A stretch of DNA of 64,000 nt from Candidatus Uhrbacteria bacterium. GTDB lineage: Bacteria; Patescibacteriota; Patescibacteriia; UBA9934. This document shows positions 1 to 8,469 of the stretch, piece after piece. Every line of letters begins with the position of its first letter. Within the stretch, counting starts at the first letter, position 1. Under the pieces are notes generated by a model that was not told the DNA's origin, searched no databases, and saw nothing but the letters and a program-made list of their open reading frames with translations. Position numbers and translations under genes: made by a program. The DNA lies in contig CALRHD010000004.1 in the NCBI GenBank assembly GCA_943359325.1, positions 5,836-69,835 on the forward strand, in the 5' to 3' direction.

Positions 1-611
1 GTCGCAGGATTGAGCGTCAGTGTTCCCTGGCCAACGCTAGAGCCCTGTGGGCTTCCCGTTAATGTAAGATTTCCGCTTGAATCAAGCGCAACAACCGCCG
101 CGCTGGTGCCGCCTGTTTGTGTGGTATCGAGGCCGTCGTGAAGGCTCGAGTTTATTGCGTAAGGTGCAGCGGTGATGGCCTTACGTGGTGTAAGCGTTTC
201 TCCGTTAATAATTACTTCAAGAAAAACTGATGCGTCGTCACCAAACATCGCGTCAGAAATAGCCGCATATGGCGTTGCTGCGCCCGTGTCACCGAGATTT
301 TCGCTGAAAAGTCCATCGGTCAGTGTGACGGTTCGCGCCGTGGTCGAAGCACATGTTGCCGAGCTGTTCGACCAACCGCATGTCCCACCTGTCAATGCAC
401 TATAAAGCGCGAACGTAATGCTTGCCGTTGCATCGGCAACAGGAACGCCATTACTGTTGAGTAGTCGACCTTCATAGGTAAAAATGTTCGACGGAGCTAC
501 AGCTGCAGATGCACGAGAAAGCAAAGTAAAAAACGCTCCATACAACACAAACGACGCCAACATCATGCTGGCGAGCACTCGGAAAAGTACCGCTGTTCTA
601 CGCTGCATCAT
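1..611 (-). CDS. Secreted surface / tail-fibre-like protein, N-terminal part (runs off the window)
   Basis: ATG at 611 overlaps the TGA of the upstream gene. Manual translation MMQRRTAVLFRVLASMML...FTYEGRLLNSNGVPV...ITFALY...DGLFSENLG...LTPRKAITAAPYA shows a signal peptide and an N-terminal motif common in large CPR surface proteins. Not in the ORF track. Confidence 0.75.
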   Translation of the reverse strand, partial: MMQRRTAVLFRVLASMMLASFVLYGAFFTLLSRASAAVAPSNIFTYEGRLLNSNGVPVADATASITFALYSALTGGTCGWSNSSATCASTTARTVTLTDGLFSENLGDTGAATPYAAISDAMFGDDASVFLEVIINGETLTPRKAITAAPYAINSSLHDGLDTTQTGGTSAAVVALDSSGNLTLTGSPQGSSVGQGTLTLNPA

Positions 612-3157
612 ACCTCCTCGTGTTGTGCGTCAATCGGAATATCGAACGCAAGCGCGGTTGCTTCTTGCTTCGCGCGATAGTCAACGGGCCGCACAATTTT
701 TTCGTCGTACCCTGGCTTGCTATACGTCACATAATACTCATTGGGGCCAACAAGAAATGCGTAACGACCAAGACGATCGGTAAGAACCGTCTCGATGAGT
801 TTATTATACGTCGGTTCGAACAATCTGACGATAGCGTTGCCCACAGGATTCTTCGACACACCGTCGTACACAATGCCCCAACCTTTTGGTTTACTCGTTC
901 GCACCAATCGCCGCACCAAAACATACACAAAAATCTGCACAAGCAGCATGCATGCAGTAAAAATACTTGGTGCAAGTACGAGCGTCACGAGTCCGAGCAG
1001 AACGCCAACAATTGCAACGCCGTGTTGCAGCACACGGAAAAATCGTTTGAATGCAATGCTCCGTGGCGTGTGAAGTTCAGGCGTATTCGCAGGGTCGAGC
1101 GGAATATTTGCCGAAATTGTCGCTTCTTTTTCGCTGACGGTAATTTCTTGCCCTGTATACACATCTAAAAATGTTCCGTCGTCTTTTTTGCCCTGCAAAA
1201 TTTGACTAGGGAATGCAAATCCGACTTTTTGAGCAATGATCGCGTATATTCCAGGAGCTGCACTCAGCAAATATTTACCTTGTGCATCCGTCACGACGGT
1301 ACGAAGCAAGCGGCGCTCAGGCAAAGAGAAAAGTCGTACCGTTGCCAAATCAACAGGCAATTTTGTTGCAGCGTTGTATACAGTGCCGAACGCTTTTCTG
1401 CGACGTCGGGCAAAAAAGAGAATGGGCGAGGTAAAGAGATACTGCAAAAATGGCAATAGACTAAAGGACGATGCAAGAATAATCGTAGACGCAGCCGCGA
1501 GCACAACAGTCGTGGGAATTGCGATGTCCGTACCGACCTGAATTTCTGGCAGCATACGAAGCGACGCGATGACGTTCGCAATTTTTGCAACAACAGTTGT
1601 TGACGTTAACGACGCTGGTTCTTCGGTATCTGTGATCGCTACTGGCTCCATGCGCACCATTTCAATGCTTGGACTCAGGATGTGATCCGTAACGGTGATT
1701 GTTTTAGAGGCATCATCGAACCCTGATTTTCCCGCAATCACGACGTACGTTCCATTTGGGACATACCACGCAATCAAACCATCTGCTCCTGCGACAATAG
1801 GGTTACTCTCGCCGTAATCGCTCGCGTTCCATGCGATTCGTGTACCGCCGATAATGCTGTAGACCGTCACAACTGCACCGGAAATAGGTACACGCCGACC
1901 GTCAATAATTTCGTACACCAAACCCGAACCACGCGCGTCAACAAAGTACGTTTCCTGTGTCGTTCCTGCTGCAGTCGTCACTTCAACGCTTATCGACGCA
2001 TCCGACGTAGGCACAGTAATAGTGCCCGTATATGTGCCATCATTTGACTCGGTAAGAACGTGGGCGACACCATCAACAAGTACCGAAACACCCTCGACAC
2101 GTTCGTCGCTCTCAACGTCCACGACAATCGTCGCTTCCGTGCCACCAATTGCGCCGAATGTGCTCCCGCTCGGTGCTAATACCAACCCTCCGTCCGCGAT
2201 AATTGAAACGTCGACGCTCACTTCCGCAGATGTGCTGCCACTTCCCGACGATGACGACGTATCCGACGTCCCACTATCGCCACTCGACGTTCCTGTGTCA
2301 GAGCTACTTCCCGACGCTCCTCCACTCGACGTCTCACCACTGCTCGAGTCAGTGCCAGATGTGTCACTACTCGACCCATCCGACGCATCGGTCGCGTCCG
2401 CCGTTGTTTCGCCGTCGGTCGATGTCGTATCCGTTGTTTCTGTAGTGTCCGCTGTATCACTCGTATCGGTCGTGTCTGGCGTCGTGTCTGTGCTGTCGGT
2501 CGTATCTGTTGTATCAGACGTATCTCCAGAGTCTGTAGAACCACTGTCGCTTCCTGCACCGCCACCCGACGACCCACCGCCACCGCCGCCACTCACACCC
2601 GATGGAAGAACATTTGCCGTAACATTTCCGCCGCTGTTCGTAGTAATGGCAAGTGGGATCGAACCTGACCCAGAAAATGTGCCTGCAATATTTACAAAAT
2701 AGGTTCCTACGCTACTCGGATTCGTAATACGATTTGCACCTGTCCCAGACGCCGTTGCGTTCAGGCCGATTTCAATAATCACCTGGCTGCCACTCGCAAT
2801 CGCACCGCCATCACCGCTACAAATGGTAAACGTAATGATCTGTCCTGAAATACCCGCCGACGCCTGATCGGTTCCCGAGCAATTTGCTGCGGTCGTAAGG
2901 TCGACGCCGTCGTCAGCAATGTCGATGTCGTCCTCGGTAATCGATGTCATGGTAAACCCTGTCGCAAACGTCACTGTCATTGTAGATCCTTCGCTTATTG
3001 CATTCGCAATAGTCATCACAATTTTATGGTTGCTCGCCGTCGCGATAACACTCGTTGACGGCTGGTCGTATGCATCCGTAACTGTTGTTGCATGTAAAGT
3101 GCCGAAAAAAACAAACGAGCACGCAACGAAAAGCGCGCATAGTATGCGGTTCTGCAT
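608..3157 (-). CDS. Large membrane-anchored surface protein with carboxypeptidase-regulatory-like domains and a D/T/S/G-rich linker
   Basis: 855-aa ORF, probable start MQNRIL at 3157. Signal peptide, low-complexity linker, repeated G.VY....K.P...A.VRLF...TD..G.Y modules, TM helices. Confidence 0.75.
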   Translation of the reverse strand: MQNRILCALFVACSFVFFGTLHATTVTDAYDQPSTSVIATASNHKIVMTIANAISEGSTMTVTFATGFTMTSITEDDIDIADDGVDLTTAANCSGTDQASAGISGQIITFTICSGDGGAIASGSQVIIEIGLNATASGTGANRITNPSSVGTYFVNIAGTFSGSGSIPLAITTNSGGNVTANVLPSGVSGGGGGGSSGGGAGSDSGSTDSGDTSDTTDTTDSTDTTPDTTDTSDTADTTETTDTTSTDGETTADATDASDGSSSDTSGTDSSSGETSSGGASGSSSDTGTSSGDSGTSDTSSSSGSGSTSAEVSVDVSIIADGGLVLAPSGSTFGAIGGTEATIVVDVESDERVEGVSVLVDGVAHVLTESNDGTYTGTITVPTSDASISVEVTTAAGTTQETYFVDARGSGLVYEIIDGRRVPISGAVVTVYSIIGGTRIAWNASDYGESNPIVAGADGLIAWYVPNGTYVVIAGKSGFDDASKTITVTDHILSPSIEMVRMEPVAITDTEEPASLTSTTVVAKIANVIASLRMLPEIQVGTDIAIPTTVVLAAASTIILASSFSLLPFLQYLFTSPILFFARRRRKAFGTVYNAATKLPVDLATVRLFSLPERRLLRTVVTDAQGKYLLSAAPGIYAIIAQKVGFAFPSQILQGKKDDGTFLDVYTGQEITVSEKEATISANIPLDPANTPELHTPRSIAFKRFFRVLQHGVAIVGVLLGLVTLVLAPSIFTACMLLVQIFVYVLVRRLVRTSKPKGWGIVYDGVSKNPVGNAIVRLFEPTYNKLIETVLTDRLGRYAFLVGPNEYYVTYSKPGYDEKIVRPVDYRAKQEATALAFDIPIDAQHEEV
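2230..2600 (-). repeat. Low-complexity coding repeat (DTT/DTS and Ser/Gly linker)
   Basis: Translation GGGGGGSSGG...DTSDTTDTTDSTDTTPDTTDTSDT...SSSSGSG. Confidence 0.8.
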
Positions 3158-3178
3158 CCCCCGACCGTTCACCATACA

Positions 3179-4090
3179 CTAGGAAGCTCGACGCTTTCGC
3201 ATTGCAACGATACCCGCAATAATCAATAAGCAAAAGCTCATTGAGCGCCATGGAACAACCACCATGCGTGTCGTTCCAGACAACGTCGGCGCTACCCCAG
3301 GGTACGGTGCGGCCACCAACGTTGCCGTGAAAATGCCGAAACGATGTTCGGTAATCTCACGCCAAAGTTCGTGAAAAAAATTTTGTTGCGTTACGTCGCC
3401 AAGAAGAGACGTAAATAGGCGACGATGCCTGCTCGGCACACGATGCAACGCGGGATTCATGTCGATTTGCGCAATCGACTTTCCCCATGTGTTTTTTACG
3501 TCGATAAATCCGTATGGCTGCAATGTGCGTTCGCCGCCATTTTCAATTGTTACGACAAACTCTGTCGCAAGGTGTGACGTAAACACGGGTGCCGCAGAAA
3601 ACATGTTGAGTGTAGCTGCAACCGCTGGATCGCCAATGGTTACAAATACCAGGCTACTCACACCTGTTGCAACGGTAACTGCATTATCTCCTGCAACCTC
3701 ACGAACGACAAGCCCAACCGCAAAAGAATCTGGCTGTGACTGCATCGGTGCACTCACCGTGAGGAGCACAACGCGCGCAGCGTTCGGTGCTAGAGTGAAT
3801 TTCGAAGTATTCAGAGAAAGTATTGCCGCATGTTCAGAGGAAATAGCGGAAAATTGTGGGCTAGATCCATCGGGACTGAGTGTAACGTCATAAAGAGTTG
3901 CGATATACGTCAATGATTGTAACGTATCATTTTGAACGCTAAAATCCTGTGTCGCTACGGTACCAACTTCAACCGCAATATCGGTTGTTGTTGGCGTAAA
4001 CACCATTGCCTGTGCCTCATTGACGTGTAAAAACCATGCAAGAATCCATGCACAAAAAAGCATATACGAGGTACTAGTAATCTCCCACAA
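3179..4090 (-). CDS. DUF916/WxL-interacting-like surface protein with C-terminal TM anchor
   Basis: 303 aa; signal peptide, Ig-like beta segments, IENGGERTLQPYGFI motif, TM plus basic tail (VVPWR...MRKRRAS). Confidence 0.6.
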   Translation of the reverse strand: MWEITSTSYMLFCAWILAWFLHVNEAQAMVFTPTTTDIAVEVGTVATQDFSVQNDTLQSLTYIATLYDVTLSPDGSSPQFSAISSEHAAILSLNTSKFTLAPNAARVVLLTVSAPMQSQPDSFAVGLVVREVAGDNAVTVATGVSSLVFVTIGDPAVAATLNMFSAAPVFTSHLATEFVVTIENGGERTLQPYGFIDVKNTWGKSIAQIDMNPALHRVPSRHRRLFTSLLGDVTQQNFFHELWREITEHRFGIFTATLVAAPYPGVAPTLSGTTRMVVVPWRSMSFCLLIIAGIVAMRKRRAS

Positions 4091-5009
4091 AAATAACCGT
4101 CAGTGCCTGCGTATACATCGCCGACGTTGCACCTGTCGCAATCGAAGCCTTCAGCGTAAGAAAATCTCGCGTATACAAACTGTTGTCTCCGCGGCTTCCA
4201 ACTTGTTGTGGAGTTGTGGTAATCGCAGTGTCTGCTGTATCGAATGTCGATGACGCAAGTGAGGTGTCTGAAGATCGCGCGCCATATTCCGTTGCCCCAG
4301 GCGATACAGTTCCATCGCTCACGTCAGTAAGCACGTTACCCGAACTACCGGATGCCGTAATGTCTCTGTCTTCCATGACATAAATATTGTAACCCTGCGA
4401 CACATCTGCGCTCGCTTCCCAACCAACAATGAGTGTAGAGACCGCATCCGTTACCAGAGTACCAAAATCGAGGGCAGTCACTGCGCTCAACAAATACACA
4501 ACATCGTTTACCCCATCGATTGTCGGCGTTGTTCCTCCTGTGTTCAGCGCATCCACCGTCATTGTTGTCGCGGTAAGCGATGCAACCTTTCCCATTGCAG
4601 TAATCTGTGAAACACCCTCATTTTGGACAATCGCAATATAGCTACCAACCGAATATGAGGACGTTGTTGTTACTGTCACCGTTGTTCCCGAAAGTAATGT
4701 TGCGCCAACCTGATAGCTCCTTGATTCTGAGAGCACGTTAAAATTGACCGTTCGATCGTATATTCCCCCTCGATATCCTTCCTTCAGGCTATAACTCGCA
4801 CTTGTTCCCGCACCTGCAATGTTTTCGATTGAATCGTGAAGTTTATAGGACGCGGAAGATGAATCGTTCGAACCCCCCGCATCAACCGAATCCCACAAAA
4901 TCTGGTAGTTTGTCGACGTCATTGCCGCAACCGCAAAATTTGGTGAGAATCCCGAAAGAAACAACATCGATACCAAAACAAGAGATAGCGTCTTCTTCAC
5001 GCTCGCCAT
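4074..5009 (-). CDS. Secreted beta-rich (WxL-like) surface protein
   Basis: 311 aa; signal peptide, MTSTNYQI.WDS..AGG motif, C-terminal YTQALTVIFVGDY strand. Confidence 0.6.
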   Translation of the reverse strand: MASVKKTLSLVLVSMLFLSGFSPNFAVAAMTSTNYQILWDSVDAGGSNDSSSASYKLHDSIENIAGAGTSASYSLKEGYRGGIYDRTVNFNVLSESRSYQVGATLLSGTTVTVTTTSSYSVGSYIAIVQNEGVSQITAMGKVASLTATTMTVDALNTGGTTPTIDGVNDVVYLLSAVTALDFGTLVTDAVSTLIVGWEASADVSQGYNIYVMEDRDITASGSSGNVLTDVSDGTVSPGATEYGARSSDTSLASSTFDTADTAITTTPQQVGSRGDNSLYTRDFLTLKASIATGATSAMYTQALTVIFVGDY

Positions 5010-5207
5010 ACCTCTCTATTTTACACTATCGCGCCAACGCTGAACACAAAAATAAATGATTTTTAACAATCTTACTGAACAAGTTTGTTGTTCATCTTTA
5101 AATCAGCTATGTTTGTCCTGTCTATCGTTGACTTTTATATACATTTAAGCCTCTTTCTGGCAGTTTTTTTCCTGGAAAAATACTCCTTTTCCCCTCTTTT
5201 TTTGCAC

Positions 5208-5249
5208 TTATCCACAGTGTAAGATTCTTAAAATCACTACTTATCCACA
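5208..5249 (+). promoter_or_regulatory. Two perfect DnaA boxes (TTATCCACA at 5208 and 5241)
   Basis: Exact consensus 9-mers in an AT-rich intergenic region. Confidence 0.7.
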
Positions 5250-5277
5250 CCTCTCCTCTCAAAACTTACCCCGGTTT

Positions 5278-5479
5278 TCATCCCCATGAAAATGGGGATC
5301 CATGTTCATTCGCTCTGGATTCCCGCCTACGCGGGAATGACAAACCTGTGTGTTGAGGCGTCCATAAGAGCCTGTTTATAATCTCACACGTTTCCCATAA
5401 ATGCATCGCTAACGCTGTCATCCTCACGAATGTAGGGAACCGGTGTATTTCTTTGGATTTTCGCTTACGTGGGAATGAC
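5278..5479. repeat. Cluster of four REP-like palindromes (GTCATTCCC-N8-GGGAATCCA type) arranged as two inverted doublets
   Basis: Units at 5278-5303, 5316-5341 (TGGATTCCCGCCTACGCGGGAATGAC), 5417-5443 and 5454-5479; each doublet is followed by TGTTGAGGC. Confidence 0.8.
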
Positions 5480-5593
5480 ATGTCCGTCTGTTGAGGCATT
5501 TATAAGACTGCAAGGACCAAAATAACAAACACCCCTGTATTGCAGGAGTGTTTGTCTTGATTCTGCCGAGCGGATTTGAGCCGTTCAGCGGCA

Positions 5594-5669
5594 TGGTGGA
5601 CCTGAGCGGATTCGAACCGCTGACCTCTGCAATGCGAATGCAGCGCTCTACCAACTGAGCCACAGGCCC
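5594..5669 (-). tRNA. tRNA-Ala(CGC)
   Basis: Cloverleaf GGGCCTG...CAGGTCC-ACCA; anticodon arm CTGCA-TTCGCAT-TGCAG; T-loop GTTCGAATC. Confidence 0.95.
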
Positions 5670-5782
5670 TTATTCGTGTCTACTTTATTCTGAAAAGTGC
5701 CCATTTTAGGCCTGTTACATATGCAACAGGCTTGCCATAAGCAGTGAGCGTAGTCTCGTCCAATCGCTACATTCGCACCCCG

Positions 5783-5859
5783 TGGTGACCCCGGAGGGAG
5801 TTGAACCCCCAACCTTGTCCTTAGGACGGACCTGCTCTATCCAGTTGAGCTACGAGGTC
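5783..5859 (-). tRNA. tRNA-Arg(CCT)
   Basis: GACCTCG...CGGGGTC-ACCA; anticodon loop GTCCTAA; T-loop GTTCAACTC. Confidence 0.93.
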
Positions 5860-5998
5860 ATGTTGTTAAACCTCAAGTGTCGTAAAATGCATTTACTGCC
5901 CACTGTGCTATACTGGAGCTTCAACAATTACCTACTACGAAATTTTGTTCACAACGAACACCGCGAAAAGTATAACGGCGCAATGCCAGAAGGTCAAT

Positions 5999-7114
5999 AT
6001 GGATAGTCAGTTTGTTGTCGTCATTTTCGCACTTCTTGCGATCGGTGTAATAATTATCCTCACATTACGTCATAATACAAAGGCCTCCTCGCGACAATTT
6101 TCAGAGGGCGTTGCAGAGCTTGTTGAAAAGGTGAGAGAAGACATGCTCAAAATGAGCGATCGTGACCGCTCAGAGATGCAGTCGCAGCTCAATCGCGTCA
6201 ACGATCAACTCTCAAGGGGCCTTAGCGACTCCAGAACGGCACTTATCCAACAGTTTGAGCAAACGTCGAAGATAGTGCAGGACGTCACCCAGAAGCTCAC
6301 AACGCTCGACAGTACAAACAAGCAAGTGCTCGATTTCTCATCACAGCTACAGAATCTACAAAATATTTTGAAAAGCCCAAAGCAACGTGGTGTTGTGGGT
6401 GAATTTTATCTTGCACAACTTCTCAGCAACGTCCTTACAAAGGAAAGCTTTGCGCTCCAGCACCATCTCGGCGTCGACGAATCAACAGGGAAGGAGCTGA
6501 TTGCCGATGCCGCAATTTTTGTTGGTGACCTCACTATTCCTATCGATGCGAAGTTCAGTCTGGAGAATTACAACCGTATAATGGAGGAATTTGATCCAGA
6601 GCGACGTGAAAAACTGGAAAAGGATTTTAAAAACGACATCAAACTCCGCATCGATGAGACTGCAAAATATATTCAACCGAATTTCAACACCATGAACTTC
6701 GCATTCATGTTTATTCCTGCGGAGGGCGTGTATTACAATCTCATGAACGCTGAGGTGGGGAGTGGCATTAACAGCCGCAGCCTTACAGAATATGCGTTTA
6801 CCAAAGGTGTTATGATTGTTTCTCCAACGTCATTTTACGCCTATCTCCAAACTGTTTTACTCGGCCTCAAACATTTACAAATCGAAAAAGGAGCGCAGGA
6901 AATCATTAAACGCGTCGCAGAACTCGGCAATCACTTCCGGAAATTCGCCGATTATCACGACAGACTTGGCAAAAATCTCGGGACGGTCGTCGGGCAATAC
7001 AATGCGTCGAACGAAGAGCTGCGAAAGGTGAGCAAAGACGTTATCCGCATCACCTCGGGTGCCTCAACCGAGCTTATCGAGCTCGACGAGGTCACGAAGC
7101 CTGCAATCGAGTAG
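5999..7114 (+). CDS. rmuC: DNA recombination protein RmuC
   Basis: N-terminal TM and coiled coil; KQRGVVGE, IDAKF, FIPAEG and VSPTS motifs; start MDSQF. Confidence 0.9.
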   Translation: MDSQFVVVIFALLAIGVIIILTLRHNTKASSRQFSEGVAELVEKVREDMLKMSDRDRSEMQSQLNRVNDQLSRGLSDSRTALIQQFEQTSKIVQDVTQKLTTLDSTNKQVLDFSSQLQNLQNILKSPKQRGVVGEFYLAQLLSNVLTKESFALQHHLGVDESTGKELIADAAIFVGDLTIPIDAKFSLENYNRIMEEFDPERREKLEKDFKNDIKLRIDETAKYIQPNFNTMNFAFMFIPAEGVYYNLMNAEVGSGINSRSLTEYAFTKGVMIVSPTSFYAYLQTVLLGLKHLQIEKGAQEIIKRVAELGNHFRKFADYHDRLGKNLGTVVGQYNASNEELRKVSKDVIRITSGASTELIELDEVTKPAIE

Positions 7115-7117
7115 ATA

Positions 7118-7143
7118 AAAAAACGGGCTCGAAGCCCGTTTTG
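7118..7143. terminator. Bidirectional intrinsic terminator between rmuC and rpsT
   Basis: AAAAAACGGGC-TCGAA-GCCCGTTTT between convergent genes. Confidence 0.8.
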
Positions 7144-7146
7144 TTC

Positions 7147-7416
7147 TTATTTCTTTCCTACTTTGTTGAGCTTCGTCGCCATTCGTGACTTTGTGCGCGC
7201 TGCCGTGTTCTTTTTTACTGCCTTTTTGCTCACCGCCTTGTCGAGCTGTTTGTACAGAGCGGTAATAAGCTTCTTTGCTTCGGCGACATTGCCCGCCTCG
7301 AGGGCCTTGCGGAAATTGCGGCTCAAATTGTTGATTTCGCTCGTATGTTTCTTGTTGCGGCTTGCACGCTTCACACTTTGACGAAGCGCTTTCTTAGCAT
7401 TATCGAGATTTGGCAT
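7147..7416 (-). CDS. rpsT: 30S ribosomal protein S20
   Basis: MPN..NAKKALRQ...LDKA..K....KNTAARTKSR. Confidence 0.97.
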   Translation of the reverse strand: MPNLDNAKKALRQSVKRASRNKKHTSEINNLSRNFRKALEAGNVAEAKKLITALYKQLDKAVSKKAVKKNTAARTKSRMATKLNKVGKK

Positions 7417-7476
7417 AAATAGTGTGGGACGAATGTAATAAGAATGAGCGAACTTTAGCGAAAAGGGGGGAATGCG

Positions 7477-8454
7477 TCAAGCCAATAGCATATCCGTGAC
7501 AATACGATCAACGGCAAGCGCGCTATCAACTCTGCCACGTTTCGCATCTCTATCCATCTGCGTAATAAGGCCGTGAAGCCTAAAAATTTGAACGAACGTG
7601 TAGCATTTTGCCTGCGCCAACGTCTTCTGCGCGACGAATGGGTGCATGGAAAGTTTTTTTGCTACCGTCCCTTTGTCTACGCTAGCGTAGCCATCCGTCA
7701 GCGTTTTAACCTGAGCGAGTAAACGAACCTGCCGCGCAATCATGGCGAGAATGTAGAGATCGGCCGAGCCTGCCGCACGTTCATCGGCAAGCATACGGAG
7801 TGCCGTTTTTGCATCGTTCCCCGCAAGCGCATCAACGAGCGCAAAAATATTCGATGCGCTATCTCGCATAACAAGCATGTCGATCGCTACTCTTGTTATA
7901 GACTCTTTTCCTGCATATGCCGCCAATTTGGCAATTTCTTGCCTCAGGCGCCACACATCATCACCAACTCGCGCCGCCAACTCAGCAGCAACGTCACGCG
8001 ATATTGTTGCACCATGCTCTTTTGCTCGTTCCACAACCCACCGCACAAGCACATCTCCTTCTAATTTTTCCTGTGCATAATGGTGTGTTTCCGCCATGTC
8101 TTTGCACCCCACGAATACCGCATGCTTCTCGATAGCCTTCGCATCCTCACAATCTGCAAGTACTACAATACTCGAAGACGGCGTACGGCGAAGGGCATCA
8201 ATCCACACATCTGATTGAGCTTTCTTGAGCGTCATGAGTAAACCCCGCACAATCACCATGCGTTTTTCACTCAAAAACGGCGCGCTTTGCACCGCCTGCA
8301 CAATGTCCCCAAATGGCAATTCTGAAGAACCTGTCGTAGGGAACTCCGCCAAATTCATGCCCGACGCATCAAATTTCTGCAAAAATCGTTTCCGCATTTC
8401 TTCAACTTTCTCGGAAACGCGTACACCGTCCGAACCGTACACAAAAATCAACAT
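7477..8454 (-). CDS. holA: DNA polymerase III delta subunit
   Basis: PFLSEKRMVIV, EIAKLAAY, IFALVDA and HPFVAQK motifs; adjacent to rpsT. Confidence 0.9.
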   Translation of the reverse strand: MLIFVYGSDGVRVSEKVEEMRKRFLQKFDASGMNLAEFPTTGSSELPFGDIVQAVQSAPFLSEKRMVIVRGLLMTLKKAQSDVWIDALRRTPSSSIVVLADCEDAKAIEKHAVFVGCKDMAETHHYAQEKLEGDVLVRWVVERAKEHGATISRDVAAELAARVGDDVWRLRQEIAKLAAYAGKESITRVAIDMLVMRDSASNIFALVDALAGNDAKTALRMLADERAAGSADLYILAMIARQVRLLAQVKTLTDGYASVDKGTVAKKLSMHPFVAQKTLAQAKCYTFVQIFRLHGLITQMDRDAKRGRVDSALAVDRIVTDMLLA

Positions 8455-8469
8455 AGCAGGACCATCCTA

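Noticed and set aside
5278-5497. CRISPR array
   Set aside because: The units alternate in orientation, are degenerate and are irregularly spaced; no cas genes.
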